Assembly (NCBI RefSeq): GCF_006345805.1
Contig: NW_021836131.1
Location: forward strand, 248,001-312,000
Origin: Octopus sinensis
Lineage: Eukaryota
Direction of reading: 5' to 3'
DNA: 64,000 bases
Numbering within the stretch: the stretch's first letter is position 1; every line of letters begins with the position of its first letter. The notes beneath the pieces were generated by a model, which saw only the letters and a program-made list of their open reading frames with translations, was not told where the DNA came from and did not search any database. Below are positions 10,035 to 20,936 of this stretch, one piece after another. The position numbers and the translations under genes were made by a program.

Positions 10035-12937
10035 CTACTTCATGAATATGCTGATATTTCTCAAAAACCTAAGATAATAAAAATAAAAAAACCTGCACTT
10101 GCAGCCGTCGGCACGATATCTTGAACAAAAGTTAAAAAAGTTCATTTTCTAAATACTCCTTAACATGTCAGGTTTAAATTTCAATTAAAATAATTATTTT
10201 TTGCCATAGTCTAATAGAATAAATAAATAATATTACAGAAGATTTATAATTTTTCTCATAACTTTCCCATGGCTGAATTTCGATAATAAGAATTCCACCT
10301 GGCAACAAATCAGCATAAATTCTCTGAAATGCTATTCGAAGACCTTCGTCGCCATTCACAAGATGAATCCACTTTGTGATACTTAAGCCTAATAAACATC
10401 ATATTGCTTCTTTGGAATATATCCGTCAAACTATCGATAACATAATTTTCCTAAAAATAAAATAAATCTATACGTAAACAGAATGATATATTCGATGGAA
10501 ATGATTCATTTCTATTTTTGTTGGGATTAGAAATGCTGCGTGAGGCTCTTAGAATAAGTGATTTGTCACATCTATTCCAAGGATATGTCGTGGATTAAAT
10601 CTTTTAGCAATCATAATCTTAATAATAAAATGGTATGGTGTGTGTCTGTCTGTCTTGTGTGTCCTGTCTGTCTGTGCACACCCACATTCAAATTGTTACA
10701 AACCAGATCAAATGTCAAAACCTTCCCTTTTGTAGTTATTCGATAATGAGGGCACAATAAAAGGTTGATATCCTCTAAGAACCTTCCTGTCAAAAAAGTT
10801 TAATAAGAAAGAATATCCTCGACGATGAGGTCCCCAAAACCTTCAAGTCAAAAAATTAAAACAAATTATTTTCTGCGTTTTTTGTTAAAATGAACAATAA
10901 GAAAGTCCTCGACTCACATGGTGTGGTCCCCCAAAACCTTCGAGCTCTTATAATAAAATGGTATGGTGTGTGTCTGTCTGTGGTGTCTGTCTGTCCTGTG
11001 CACACCACATTCAAATTGTTACAAACCAGATCAAATTGTCAAAAACCTTCCCTTTTGTAGTTATTCGATAATGAGGCCACTAAAAGGTTGATATCCTCTA
11101 AGAACCTTTCCTGTCAAAAAATTTTAATAAGAAAGAATATCCTCGATGATGAGGTCCCCCAAAACCTTCAAGTCAAAAAATTAAAAACAAATTATTTTCT
11201 GCGTTTTTGTTAAAATGAACAATAAGAAAGTCCTCGACTCACATGGTGTGGTCCCCCAAAACCTTCGAGCCAAAAATCAAAAAATTATTTTCTGCGTTTT
11301 TGTTAAAATGAACACAAGAAAGTCCTCGACTTAAAAAATGCACAAAAATTATATATAAACCAAAAAAAAAAAAAAAACCAAAATTAAAAAAAATGCAAAA
11401 CTTAAATCACATGAAAACAATGCAAACAGATAAAAATGAACAACAATAAAGAAAACCAATTTTGTACTTTAAAAATTAATAACGTATTTTTTCTAAATAT
11501 TTTTTTAATGATATTCGTTCATATTAGACATCTAAATTACAAATTGCCATTTATAATTACCTTGAATTGACTATCTGTACTCTTCTTCCTTATAATACAC
11601 AAAAGATGAAGCTAATTCTGTTTTCGATCGCCAAAATTTACCATGTTCAATTTAAAACAAGCTTTAAGCCTGTTTATGTTAGAGGCAATTTGAATAGAAT
11701 TGCATAGCAAATTTAATATATAATCCCTTCCAGCCAAAAGAGGCAATCTGAATAGAATTGCATACCAATTAAATATATAATCCCTTCCAGTCAAAAATTT
11801 TTTATTAGAAATTTAATAATGAATTTATGAATTTCACAAGGTCTATAATGCTAATGTTTAAATGCCTTAAAAATAGAGCCAATTAAAAATTCAAATTAGT
11901 CATCTAAATTACATTACCTTTATTCAAATCTTTCCTATATATCTCAAAAAAGTGGCTTATTATCTTTTTAATCGCCGAACTGACAACCTCAAGTATGCTA
12001 ATCTTTAAATTAAAAGTAAAAGCAAATTTTAATAAAGATTTACATAATTGATATCTATTGACAAGACATTTATGCGAAAACGCGTAGAAATATTAACTAT
12101 TTATTTCTGTTTTTTGCGTTAACTTTAAATTTATTTGGGGTATGCCTGTTTTAATTATCTATCTTATCGTTCTTAAATCTGTTAATAACTACTCGGTTGT
12201 TATGTGACTGTTGATTCTAATTTATTTTGTTTTTTAAGCTCAAAAATCAAAAATACTCCCCCCATCCCCCCTACAAAAATAGAAGAAAATACAAATCAAA
12301 AAAATGATGAAAATTAAAAAAATTAGAAGCGACAATATTAACAGGTAATACAGAGGTGAGTGTTTATATCCCACGAATACCTCTGATTTCGGAAGAATTA
12401 CCTTTTAGATTTAAGAGACTACATTTCCGCTGAAGATAAGTTTTGCTATGACAATAAACAAGGCCCAGGGACAGTCTTAAAAGGTAGTAGGCTTATTTTT
12501 AGAGAACGAGTGCTTTTTCACATGGCCAGCTGTATGTGGGGTGCTCAAGGGTAGGTAGAAGAGAAAATTTATTTAATATTGGCCAAGGATGGACGGACTG
12601 CAAACATCGTTTATCCACAGGCCTTAGAATAAGGTTATATCAAGCAGGTCGCATTTATATATCTACATAAATTTATACTTATTTAAGGAAACTGCGAGCG
12701 TAGCGAGCAGGGCCTCCGCAGGAGCTAGCTCGCAGTGAGCGAAGCGAACTGCTGAGCTAGTAGTAATATATCCAACGTTGCAGCCAATGTCCAATATATT
12801 TTTGTCTTTAAACCACTCACATTTCATAAGTGATAGTCTCGGATCTTCATTATTCTGAATTCTGTATCCATAATAACGATCGTAATTCCCATATGGAAAA
12901 TATTTTTTCTTGTTTTTTTCTTATTAATATTAGTCAT
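10035..12937 (-). pseudogene. MEPCE: 7SK snRNA methylphosphate capping enzyme (MEPCE/Bin3), coding exon interrupted by a Helitron
   Basis: FPYGNYDRYYGYR..DPRL..WFKDKNILDIGCNVGY (12761-12937) and [51 protein letters not shown] (10035-10616). Removing 10617-12760 restores GCNVGYITIMIAKRF in frame. Confidence 0.88.
10617..12760 (+). mobile_element. Non-autonomous Helitron (2.1 kb)
   Basis: A|TC 5' end, GC-rich hairpins then CTAG|T 3' end, no TSD; PIF1-helicase C-terminal remnant at ~12320-12632 (FAMTINKAQGQS, FSHGQLYVGCSRV, TANIVY); internal tandem duplication of the first ~330 bp (10617, 10946) and ~60-bp repeats near 11680-11790. Confidence 0.92.
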
Positions 12938-13067
12938 TTTTACGTTTAAAATTACAACAAATTGAATGCCACACAACCTTTATAATTATATTTTTTAAGA
13001 AATAAAATAGTGTAAATATAAAGTAAATTGATTAATAATTAACAAAATAGAAAATACTATTAGTCTG

Positions 13068-13550
13068 TGCCAGAAGTATTCGTTGCCTCACGGGCAGGGG
13101 AACGATAACGAGAATTGACCCCCGGATGAAAACTAGCCTCCTTCGGAATCGAACTCACGACTGTCCAGATCCATTATCCATAGCTTAGTCTTTAGCCAAA
13201 CGTACATCTACGTATACAAAACGTGTGTGCAGCCAGTCCTCACATATGGCTACGAGGGCTGGTACGGTACGGAGGAGAGTGACTACCTGATCAAACAGTT
13301 GGAAAAGACAAGACGTTTCGCTATGAAATTGGCTTACGGAGTACAACTTGACGGAAGGTTAAAAGACTCACAAGAATTCTCTGTGCCCACGATCCGGATG
13401 GTCTTGGAGAATCGTTGTCAACTATGACTACAAATTGGGGATACGCATGGAAAGAGACACTTCGGTGCCTTGTCTTTATCTCCCCGTTGATGATTTCTTC
13501 CTTGTTTTTCTTTTTCTTTTCGCTCAATAAACACTATTCTATTCTATTCT
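13068..13550 (+). mobile_element. 5'-truncated LINE with (CTATT)n tail
   Basis: TSD CTATTAGTCTG at 13057-13067 and 13551-13561; YKTCVQPVLTYGYEGW...LEKTRRFAMK resembles LINE post-RT domain. Confidence 0.8.
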
Positions 13551-14512
13551 CTATTAGTCTGGTCAAATAATTTTATTTATGAAAATAAAATTTTCTACTT
13601 ATAAAGCTGAGGATTACCGTTGAATTTTTTAAGTATGAAAGAAAACTGGATTTTTGCTAAAAAGAATTCCAAAAAGATTCAATAATTTCTCATCTTTTGA
13701 ACGGGAATTTTCATTATTCACAGCACCATTCGCTTTTAATGCTTAAATGCAGATAAAAGATTACAAATGAAATTTTTAGAAATCCAATCGTATTCTATAC
13801 TAAATGCAAAATATTTGGAGGTTGGAATATCTTATTTCTTTACGCTTCTTTTTGGAAAGTTTAAACTTTAAAAAATTTTCTACCAAAATAATTTCTATGT
13901 TGGGTTTGAAAAATGTTTATAAACAACTTTTTTTATTTATAAAATTAACAAAAACTGTTCATAGAATACAGCTCACAAATGAAAATTTATCGGCTTTAAT
14001 TAAAGTCGGAATTATGTCAAAAATATCAATAATTCAGAAGTAGTTTCAAGCACGATTAAAAGATGATTAGATTTTCTTATTTTTGTTTTTACTATAAATT
14101 CGGCCTTAAAACGAAATTGATTTGACATTCTTGGTTTAAATGCTAGGATAGTTAAAACCTGAGTTTCCAATAAATGTTTTAAAATTAACTTTTTGTTAAT
14201 TTTTATATCAAATACAAGAATATTAATTGGTTTGTTAAGTTTTACTGACAATTTAAAATTATTGATTAAATTCTGAATTTTCCCATTTCCAAAATCTGCC
14301 GTCAATTTGACGGGAACTAAAAATGGCAAATTTGAGAGATTTAACTGTATATAAATAATCTGCAATGGTAGCAAGTCCAATCCTAAAAGGATTGTTTGCA
14401 CCTAAAAAAAATAGTCTATAGTCCTTAAAAATTCATCTTTGACCAGTAATTAGAACCCATAAAAAGAATAAAGTTTGGTTAGTAAAGGAAGATTTTAATA
14501 GCTAGATTAAAG

Positions 14513-15552
14513 CTATAATTTGAATCGAATTCTAAATTAATAACATAAATATTAAAACTTTTCACTGTTTTTAGATTTCATAAGTAGATATTTTTTTCTT
14601 TTAAGAATCAACATAAAACAAATAAAAGTGATTGTAATCAAAGAAATAATTCCAATAAAGATTATATAATTTTTATTTGATTTCCATAAGGTCTCTGAAA
14701 TTCACAAATGAAAAAATCAACCAGGTTTTTTATTAAATGCAACTTCTAAAAATTAAAAAAAGTAATAGCTTACGATCACTTTTAGTTCTAATCTTCGTAG
14801 AGAAAACTAAAAATTTAAAACATATGAATCACATGCGCTCGTCGTGATGGTGGCTAAAATATTTAAACATATAAATCACTTGTAGTTGTGCTCTTCGTCG
14901 TGGGGACTAAAATATTAAAATATATGAATCACTTGTAGTTGTGTTCTTCGTCGTAGGAACTAAAATATTAAAACATATAAATCACTTGTAGTTGTGTTCT
15001 TCGTCGTAGGAACTAAAATATTAAAACATACAAATCACTTGTAGTTTTACTCTTCGTGGTGGTGGCTAAAATATTAAAACATATGAATCACTTGTAGTTG
15101 TGCTGTTCGTGGTGGGGACTAAAATATTAAAACATACAAATCACTTGTAGTTTTACTCTTCGTGATGAGGGCTAAAATATTAAAACATATAAATCACTTG
15201 TAGTTGTGCTCTTCGTCGTGGGGACTAAAATATTAAAACATATAAATCACTTATAGTTCTGCCTACTTGTCTGCAGACTAAAATATAAAATTTTAATTTT
15301 GTTAACCCTTTTTATTATTTATGTCATTGGAATTTGCATATTTTATTATTTCATTGTCATTATTTCTTCTTTGTCTCTGCAAAACATGAAAATTTTAAAG
15401 CAAACCCTTGGAGGGCCTGTTTGCCAATAATTAATTGTTCGTATATCTTTGATTTCTTTTGAAGCATTTGTTATTTGTTCTATACAAATAAAAATGTAAA
15501 AATAGATATCACCTGTACATAAAATTAATACCAGAAACAATATGAAAAACAT
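14513..15552 (-). CDS. Mucin-like type I membrane protein encoded by tandem micro-exons
   Basis: Manual splicing: signal peptide MFFILFLVLILCT; ..WQTGPPR|RQRRNNDNEIIKY..; Thr-rich 9-aa exons (IPTTKSTTT etc.); TM exon YIIFIGIISLITITFICFMLIL-KRKK; last exon KIRFKL*. All introns GT-AG, 26-33 nt, frame consistent without corrections. Confidence 0.82.
14774..15277 (-). repeat. 53-bp tandem array = 27-nt exon + 26-nt intron
   Basis: Nine near-identical 26-nt introns (gtgatttatatgttttaatattttag) at 14807, 14854, 14907, 14960, 15013, 15066, 15119, 15172, 15225 separating eight 27-nt exons, one 21-nt exon and one 33-nt exon. Confidence 0.92.
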
Positions 15553-15899
15553 TATTCTTCACGATAAAAAACTAATTTATATTCTTTATAATTCTAATAA
15601 TTCATTTTTGGCATAGTTGTCGACCTATTATTCATGTAGTTCCGACATTAATTACAGCCGATAAATTTTCATTAAAGATATAGACATATAGAACCTTTCT
15701 TTTATAAATTAATTATCTGATTAAAAATAAGCTTGCAGAAGTCAACAAGATGCGGAATTATTTTAACAATAGTTGAATGCATGTTACAGTGTGTCAGAAG
15801 TTAAAGAAACATTTCTCATAATAGAATGGACGATTCCCAGAACTAACGCAAATTAACAAATTTTTTTCTATCCAGATTAATTGATAATTCTCTTAGTTT

Positions 15900-17330
15900 T
15901 GGAAGTTTTAAAATGATATTCACATCTAGTTACGACCATTTTGTGGGGAAAGACTTTTTTCGATCATTTGTTGAGTACTAGAGAAACCACAAAGTTTACC
16001 TAAAAAGATCGAAAAAATTGACTTCATAAAAATCAACAAAGTTTATCCAAAAAAGAAGAAAATTGACAAAAATGTAGACCTAATAAAAATTTGGAAGATA
16101 ATTTGTAGGTATTATTTTTTAGAAACATAAATTATGTAGAATCATGTAATATTTGACGTTTTCAGTTTTAACATTTCGGTCTTTTGTCAGCATTTTATTA
16201 AAAACAAAAAACGCTTCATGTAATACTCAGTGGTTTGACATTGAACCACTTGAAGCCTTTCCAAAGGCAAAAAAATTCAACAATATGTTCTGGAAAAGTC
16301 ATATTTTAGTAAATAGTCCCCTTCGACCACTATTTTTCTAAAGTTCTAGACGGAAAATTAAAATGACTCAAAAATTGACGGAAAAATTGACAAACAAAAC
16401 CTAAAAAGCTTAAAATTAAATTTTTTAACATAAAAATGTTTTGCATTTTTATAACAGAATAATTATTTTTGAGTTGACTTTGTCAACTTTTAGTAATTAC
16501 AGAATGAATGATTCAGGTTCTTATTAATGTAGAAGAAATAGTAAAGCACACACCATTTAAAGGAATGAGAGGACTCTTTTGTGAAAGATCTCTTGTTTTA
16601 AAGAGACGATAAAGTTTAAAAACTGACGAATGCATATCGTTCTTGTTCCAATCAAATACCCAACCGCTGAGTTAGACTTTGGTGGTCAAAGAGGATTAAC
16701 CATTGAAATGTTATTTTCATACATATTTTTTAGGTTTATGTCGGTTTATAAGTCTATTTAAACTATACTGTCTGAGAAAAATTTGAAGGCCAATTTGGTT
16801 AGTATGTTTTGTGGGAACATCTTTGCAAAGCATTACAGTTCTATTCTGCGCCAACCAAGCCTCATCTGAATTCAAAACAATATCAAAATTTGTTTTCTAA
16901 CTAGATTATTTGGTTTTTGAATAAACGAATGTCTACCGTTCCAATTTATATGGTTTATTGTGAGTAGTCTTGATTTTAGATTTTTGAAAAGAATTAACAA
17001 TCAGTTCAGCAACATTTACACAACATTCGACCAAAACAGAATGAAGATACAAGTCATATCGGCCTTAACTTTTTTAAATGACTGTTTTTCTGAAGAAATA
17101 TAAAAAGAACTTTTGACCTACATTTTATAAGGTCGAATTGCTTGACTTAGATTTGAAACGAATCATGCTTAATATATTTTTTAAATCCGAATTGGACATC
17201 TTAGTAACAACTCAGACACAAACAATAGTCATAACTAGCTAATCGAATGCAGAGACAGCCGATCAGGATAGCATAGACTTCTATATCCACTAAGCTAAAT
17301 AACTTATTTTATTGATAGAATTAATATAAT
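15900..17330 (+). mobile_element. Possible highly degenerate hAT-like remnant
   Basis: Repeated AAAATTGAC motifs (16016-16390) and a PTRW-like motif near 16660 only after assuming indels. Confidence 0.25.
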
Positions 17331-18379
17331 AATCATTGATTATCAAGTTATTTTTAGTGTCTATTTTCGTAATTTGTAATATTTTGATACATCAACTTCA
17401 TCCTTTTAGGACCCACGCTAAGTGCACGGATGGACAGATCCAACTCAATGCGCAGTCGCGGCCTTGCCGACGATTCCTGAGGTTTCGAAGGTAAGGGGGC
17501 AAACAAAAAAGAGTCCGGAATACACAGGTATTTTGTTCTCTTTAATTCTTCGGCCTGAGGACTGGCAGAATCAGGGTTTGCTGCAAATCTTGGATAGCAT
17601 CGTCACCTACAAAAGAGTCGACACAGGTGACTTCCCAAATCAGGAATTTGCCTTCCCTGAAAGAAAAGGTTGTCATCCTGACGGGACGCTCAAAAACAAT
17701 TAAAATTACTTGAGTTTTCTATTAAGTTTAACGAATTACTCTAATTTGAAATTTTGACTTCTTTTTTTGCTCAAAATTTTTTAATTCCAATTTGTGTTTT
17801 GTGATATTATTTCCCCGACAAAAAGGGTCCTATTGTAACTAAATTTAAAAATAATACGTTTACTGAAAGAATACCTTATTTACAATGTCTTTTGTAACCA
17901 TTTCGTTAACGTTTGGTTGGACTATACAAGTTTTTAATACTGTGTTTACGTGAAATATAATTGCCTTTTTTTAAATTAGTAGCTCAGGAAAGCAACATTT
18001 TGAAATAATTTCAATTACTTTGAAAATATATTTGAGACAATGATTTTCTCCAGACAAGCGTCTCAAATCTACTATATTCAACTGGAGCTTTTACTTTGAT
18101 GTTTATTAAAGAAATAATGCTTTTAACGGTTGACATTGAGGTAAGACATACATTAGCACAAACTTTCAAATGAAAAAATCTCTAAATAATAAAAATTAGT
18201 TACCAGATTTTTCTTGTATTTTTTAGTCATGATGCGTTTTCAAGTGTAAATTAAGACATTTAAACTTAATGGTTCTAAATCATTTTATAAATTGCACTTT
18301 TTTGGTTCCATCGTTGATTATTAGCCTAAATTCTTTCTGTAATGAACATTTATTTTGTTTGAAGATCTTGACTTTTTAA

Positions 18380-18800
18380 TTTAATTAAACTCTCATCAAT
18401 CGAATTGCTTTCCAAATAACCACCAATCTGTATTCTTTTGTACTCTTTATTAACTCTGAGTTTCAAACATTATGGGTTGGTCGGGTTTTTATTAATTGCC
18501 GACGTATGGGCTTTTCCCAGACTCGAGTCCATAATGACCAGAACCAGGTTATATTTTTAATACAGACCATATTCCACGATCCCTCGATACCTAAGCGACT
18601 AGCCACTAACTAAAAAGTGACATATCTAAGCAAATTAGTTCTAATCATAATCCCATGAAATCCATAAGACAGTGGCGACATAGACAAACAGTTTAGCAGG
18701 TGATTACCTGGCCAATGATAGGGTGCAAAAAACCCGTATTAGTATGATCTTATTTATGTTTTGTGCTGATTCATAAAAATGCCTGTCTTAATTTGATTAC
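18380..18800 (-). mobile_element. Degenerate pogo-like DDE remnant
   Basis: LVLVIMDSSLGKAHTS resembles the second-Asp region of pogo transposases; broken frames. Confidence 0.35.
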
Positions 18801-19299
18801 CGAGAGTTGCATAGGCTGCTTTAATTAAACCTCGATTTGGTTTACCTATTTATAATTTGAAGAAAACATCATTTTTCCATGAAAATTAAAATCTTTTTTT
18901 TATTTGTCTTTACTTTTCACGAATCTCATATTACTGTTTGTGGGAAGGACCCGTATTAAGTATAATACAAAACTACATTTCCTCGATTATTAATATAATC
19001 ACAAACAAATTTAATGTTTAAAAACGCGATTTTAAATTATATTTTATTTATTGACGTCATCTTCAGCTGTATCATAATGTTTACACTTATCCAAGTAGTA
19101 CTTAAAATTTTTCATAGATACTTCTAAAAATTTGAGATCAGTTTTATTTTTATCAGTGATATAAGTAGACAAATTATTTATGTGATAATTGAAGATTTAT
19201 TAATCACTCGTTACTCGCGAAGATTAATCTCCTCCTTTTAGAGGAAACGTAACCAACCCCACTCCTTATTTCTGTCTCCAAATCACTTGCGACTCTTTA

Positions 19300-19990
19300 T
19301 CCCGTACTTTCTATATTGTCTTTATTAAAATGATTTGCTCCAATTATGAAAACTACTGGCTAAATTTATCTTTTCTTCAGTAATTTTGATCCCGTGCCTC
19401 TCCAAGATTTTTTTTAACACGCCTGACTGAATATAGACCATACAGTCAACACCAGTGTAATTATTTTTACTTGAGCGTTGCGGAAGCTTGACAACTACCT
19501 GGCCAAAAAATCGTATTTATTTCATTTCTCTACTTTGGCCAGATTTTCTTATCTATAATTATTAAAGAATCGACACGTATTTCTACATTTTGTGTAAATA
19601 TGATTGACTGGACTGAGTATCCTCTAATTTATTAACTTTGCTGATTCCATAGTTCCTACATAAGTTCAGATAAATACATCTCTTCTGACATAATTGCCGT
19701 TTAGCATTTTTTCACAATGGCATGCCAAGTGACCAACGGTTTTTTTTGCTTCTCATACAAAGGTTACACAGTGCTCCTTTCGTTGAAAAGAACACATTCA
19801 TATTCTGCAGTGGGTAATATATTGCCTCCTATATGTGGAAAACATTCCTTTCCAAAGGCACCCACTTAAAGTTTTTATATCAACATTTTGATCTTTTATA
19901 CATTTGAATAATGTGGAATGCAAAGGTTTCTTTTTATTAAGCAACTCGTCCGGATAGATTTAATTACACATAGAATAATCAGTTTTTTAT
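19300..19990 (-). mobile_element. R4-like non-LTR remnant (CCHC knuckle / RLE region)
   Basis: KPLHSTLFKC, KTVGHLACHCEKML, NVEIRVDS, YIQSGVLKKILE across frameshifts. Confidence 0.7.
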
Positions 19991-20250
19991 AGATAAAATA
20001 AGTCTCCACTCAGCACTGTGTTCAACAAATAATTAAATAAATTCTAATCAATTTACTTATTCATAAAAATGCAAATGACGTCTATATTTTGAGTAAGTAT
20101 AAAAAAGATAAAAAAATTCTTTAAATTATGACTAAATAAATTTGTGTGTCTGAATTATATACAAGTTCTTAAGTATATACAAATTGTATAAATTCACATA
20201 TAGTATATAAAAATGTTATTGTTATTTCCGAATAATTATCGCTGAGTATT

Positions 20251-20736
20251 TTACGCTTTCGTTTCGAAATCCAAATTCCGTTTCAGTCCTAAAAAAAACA
20301 TTGTTTATAATCAAAAACAATCAAAACCAGCAGCAAGAATTGCAGTGCCTGATAATGCTCCAATAAAAGTCCCCAATTTGAGTCCAATAAGACACCCAAC
20401 AGGTCCACCGACTGCCGCACCAATAAAACCCCCGTGACTGTAGCTCCGAAGCTTTATAAGACGCCTATTGTTTGATTTTTACCAATAATGTTTACTTTAT
20501 GTATTCTCTTCTTCCTGTTTTATATTTTGATTACAAATTTCGGGTGTTTTCTTCGATTACGTTGATCTTTCGGCACTTTTCTTTACAAAGAAATGATATC
20601 ATGAGCTATGGATGCAATTTGATTGCATTTATTTTCAAGATCATAAATTTTCTCTTCAGCTGTTAAATCGAAGGTATTAGTATTGAAGAAATTTCAATTT
20701 TTCGCGAATTCATTTAACGAATTAATTTGAATTCAT
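20251..20736 (-). CDS. STX17: Syntaxin-17-like SNARE (SNARE motif + glycine-rich hairpin TM only)
   Basis: EEKIYDLENKCNQIASIAHDI..INVIEEN..GRREYIK|ASYK..GFIGAAVGGPVGCLIGLKLGTFIGALSG; two mini-introns; start uncertain because of indels. Confidence 0.72.
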
Positions 20737-20936
20737 AGTACCAACAAAATCATCAAAAAATAATTGATTAAAAGTAATTTTATTAAATAATTAACTATAA
20801 TAAATTGGTACAACTTTTTATTAATTAACAATTTTATATTTTATATAATACAAATCAAATCAATGTTTATGAAATCCAACCGGTTCCCAGGGTAGACGGG
20901 AATCCTCAGAATCCAAAGCCCTCTTCATTTTTTTAA

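Noticed and set aside
13600-14480. ORFs 13804-14043 (+) and 14012-14401 (-) as a gene
   Set aside because: Overlapping opposite-strand AT-rich frames with no recognisable domain or consistent splice model.
14774-15277. CRISPR array
   Set aside because: 'Spacers' are homologous to one another, 'repeats' are GT-AG introns, context is eukaryotic, no cas genes.
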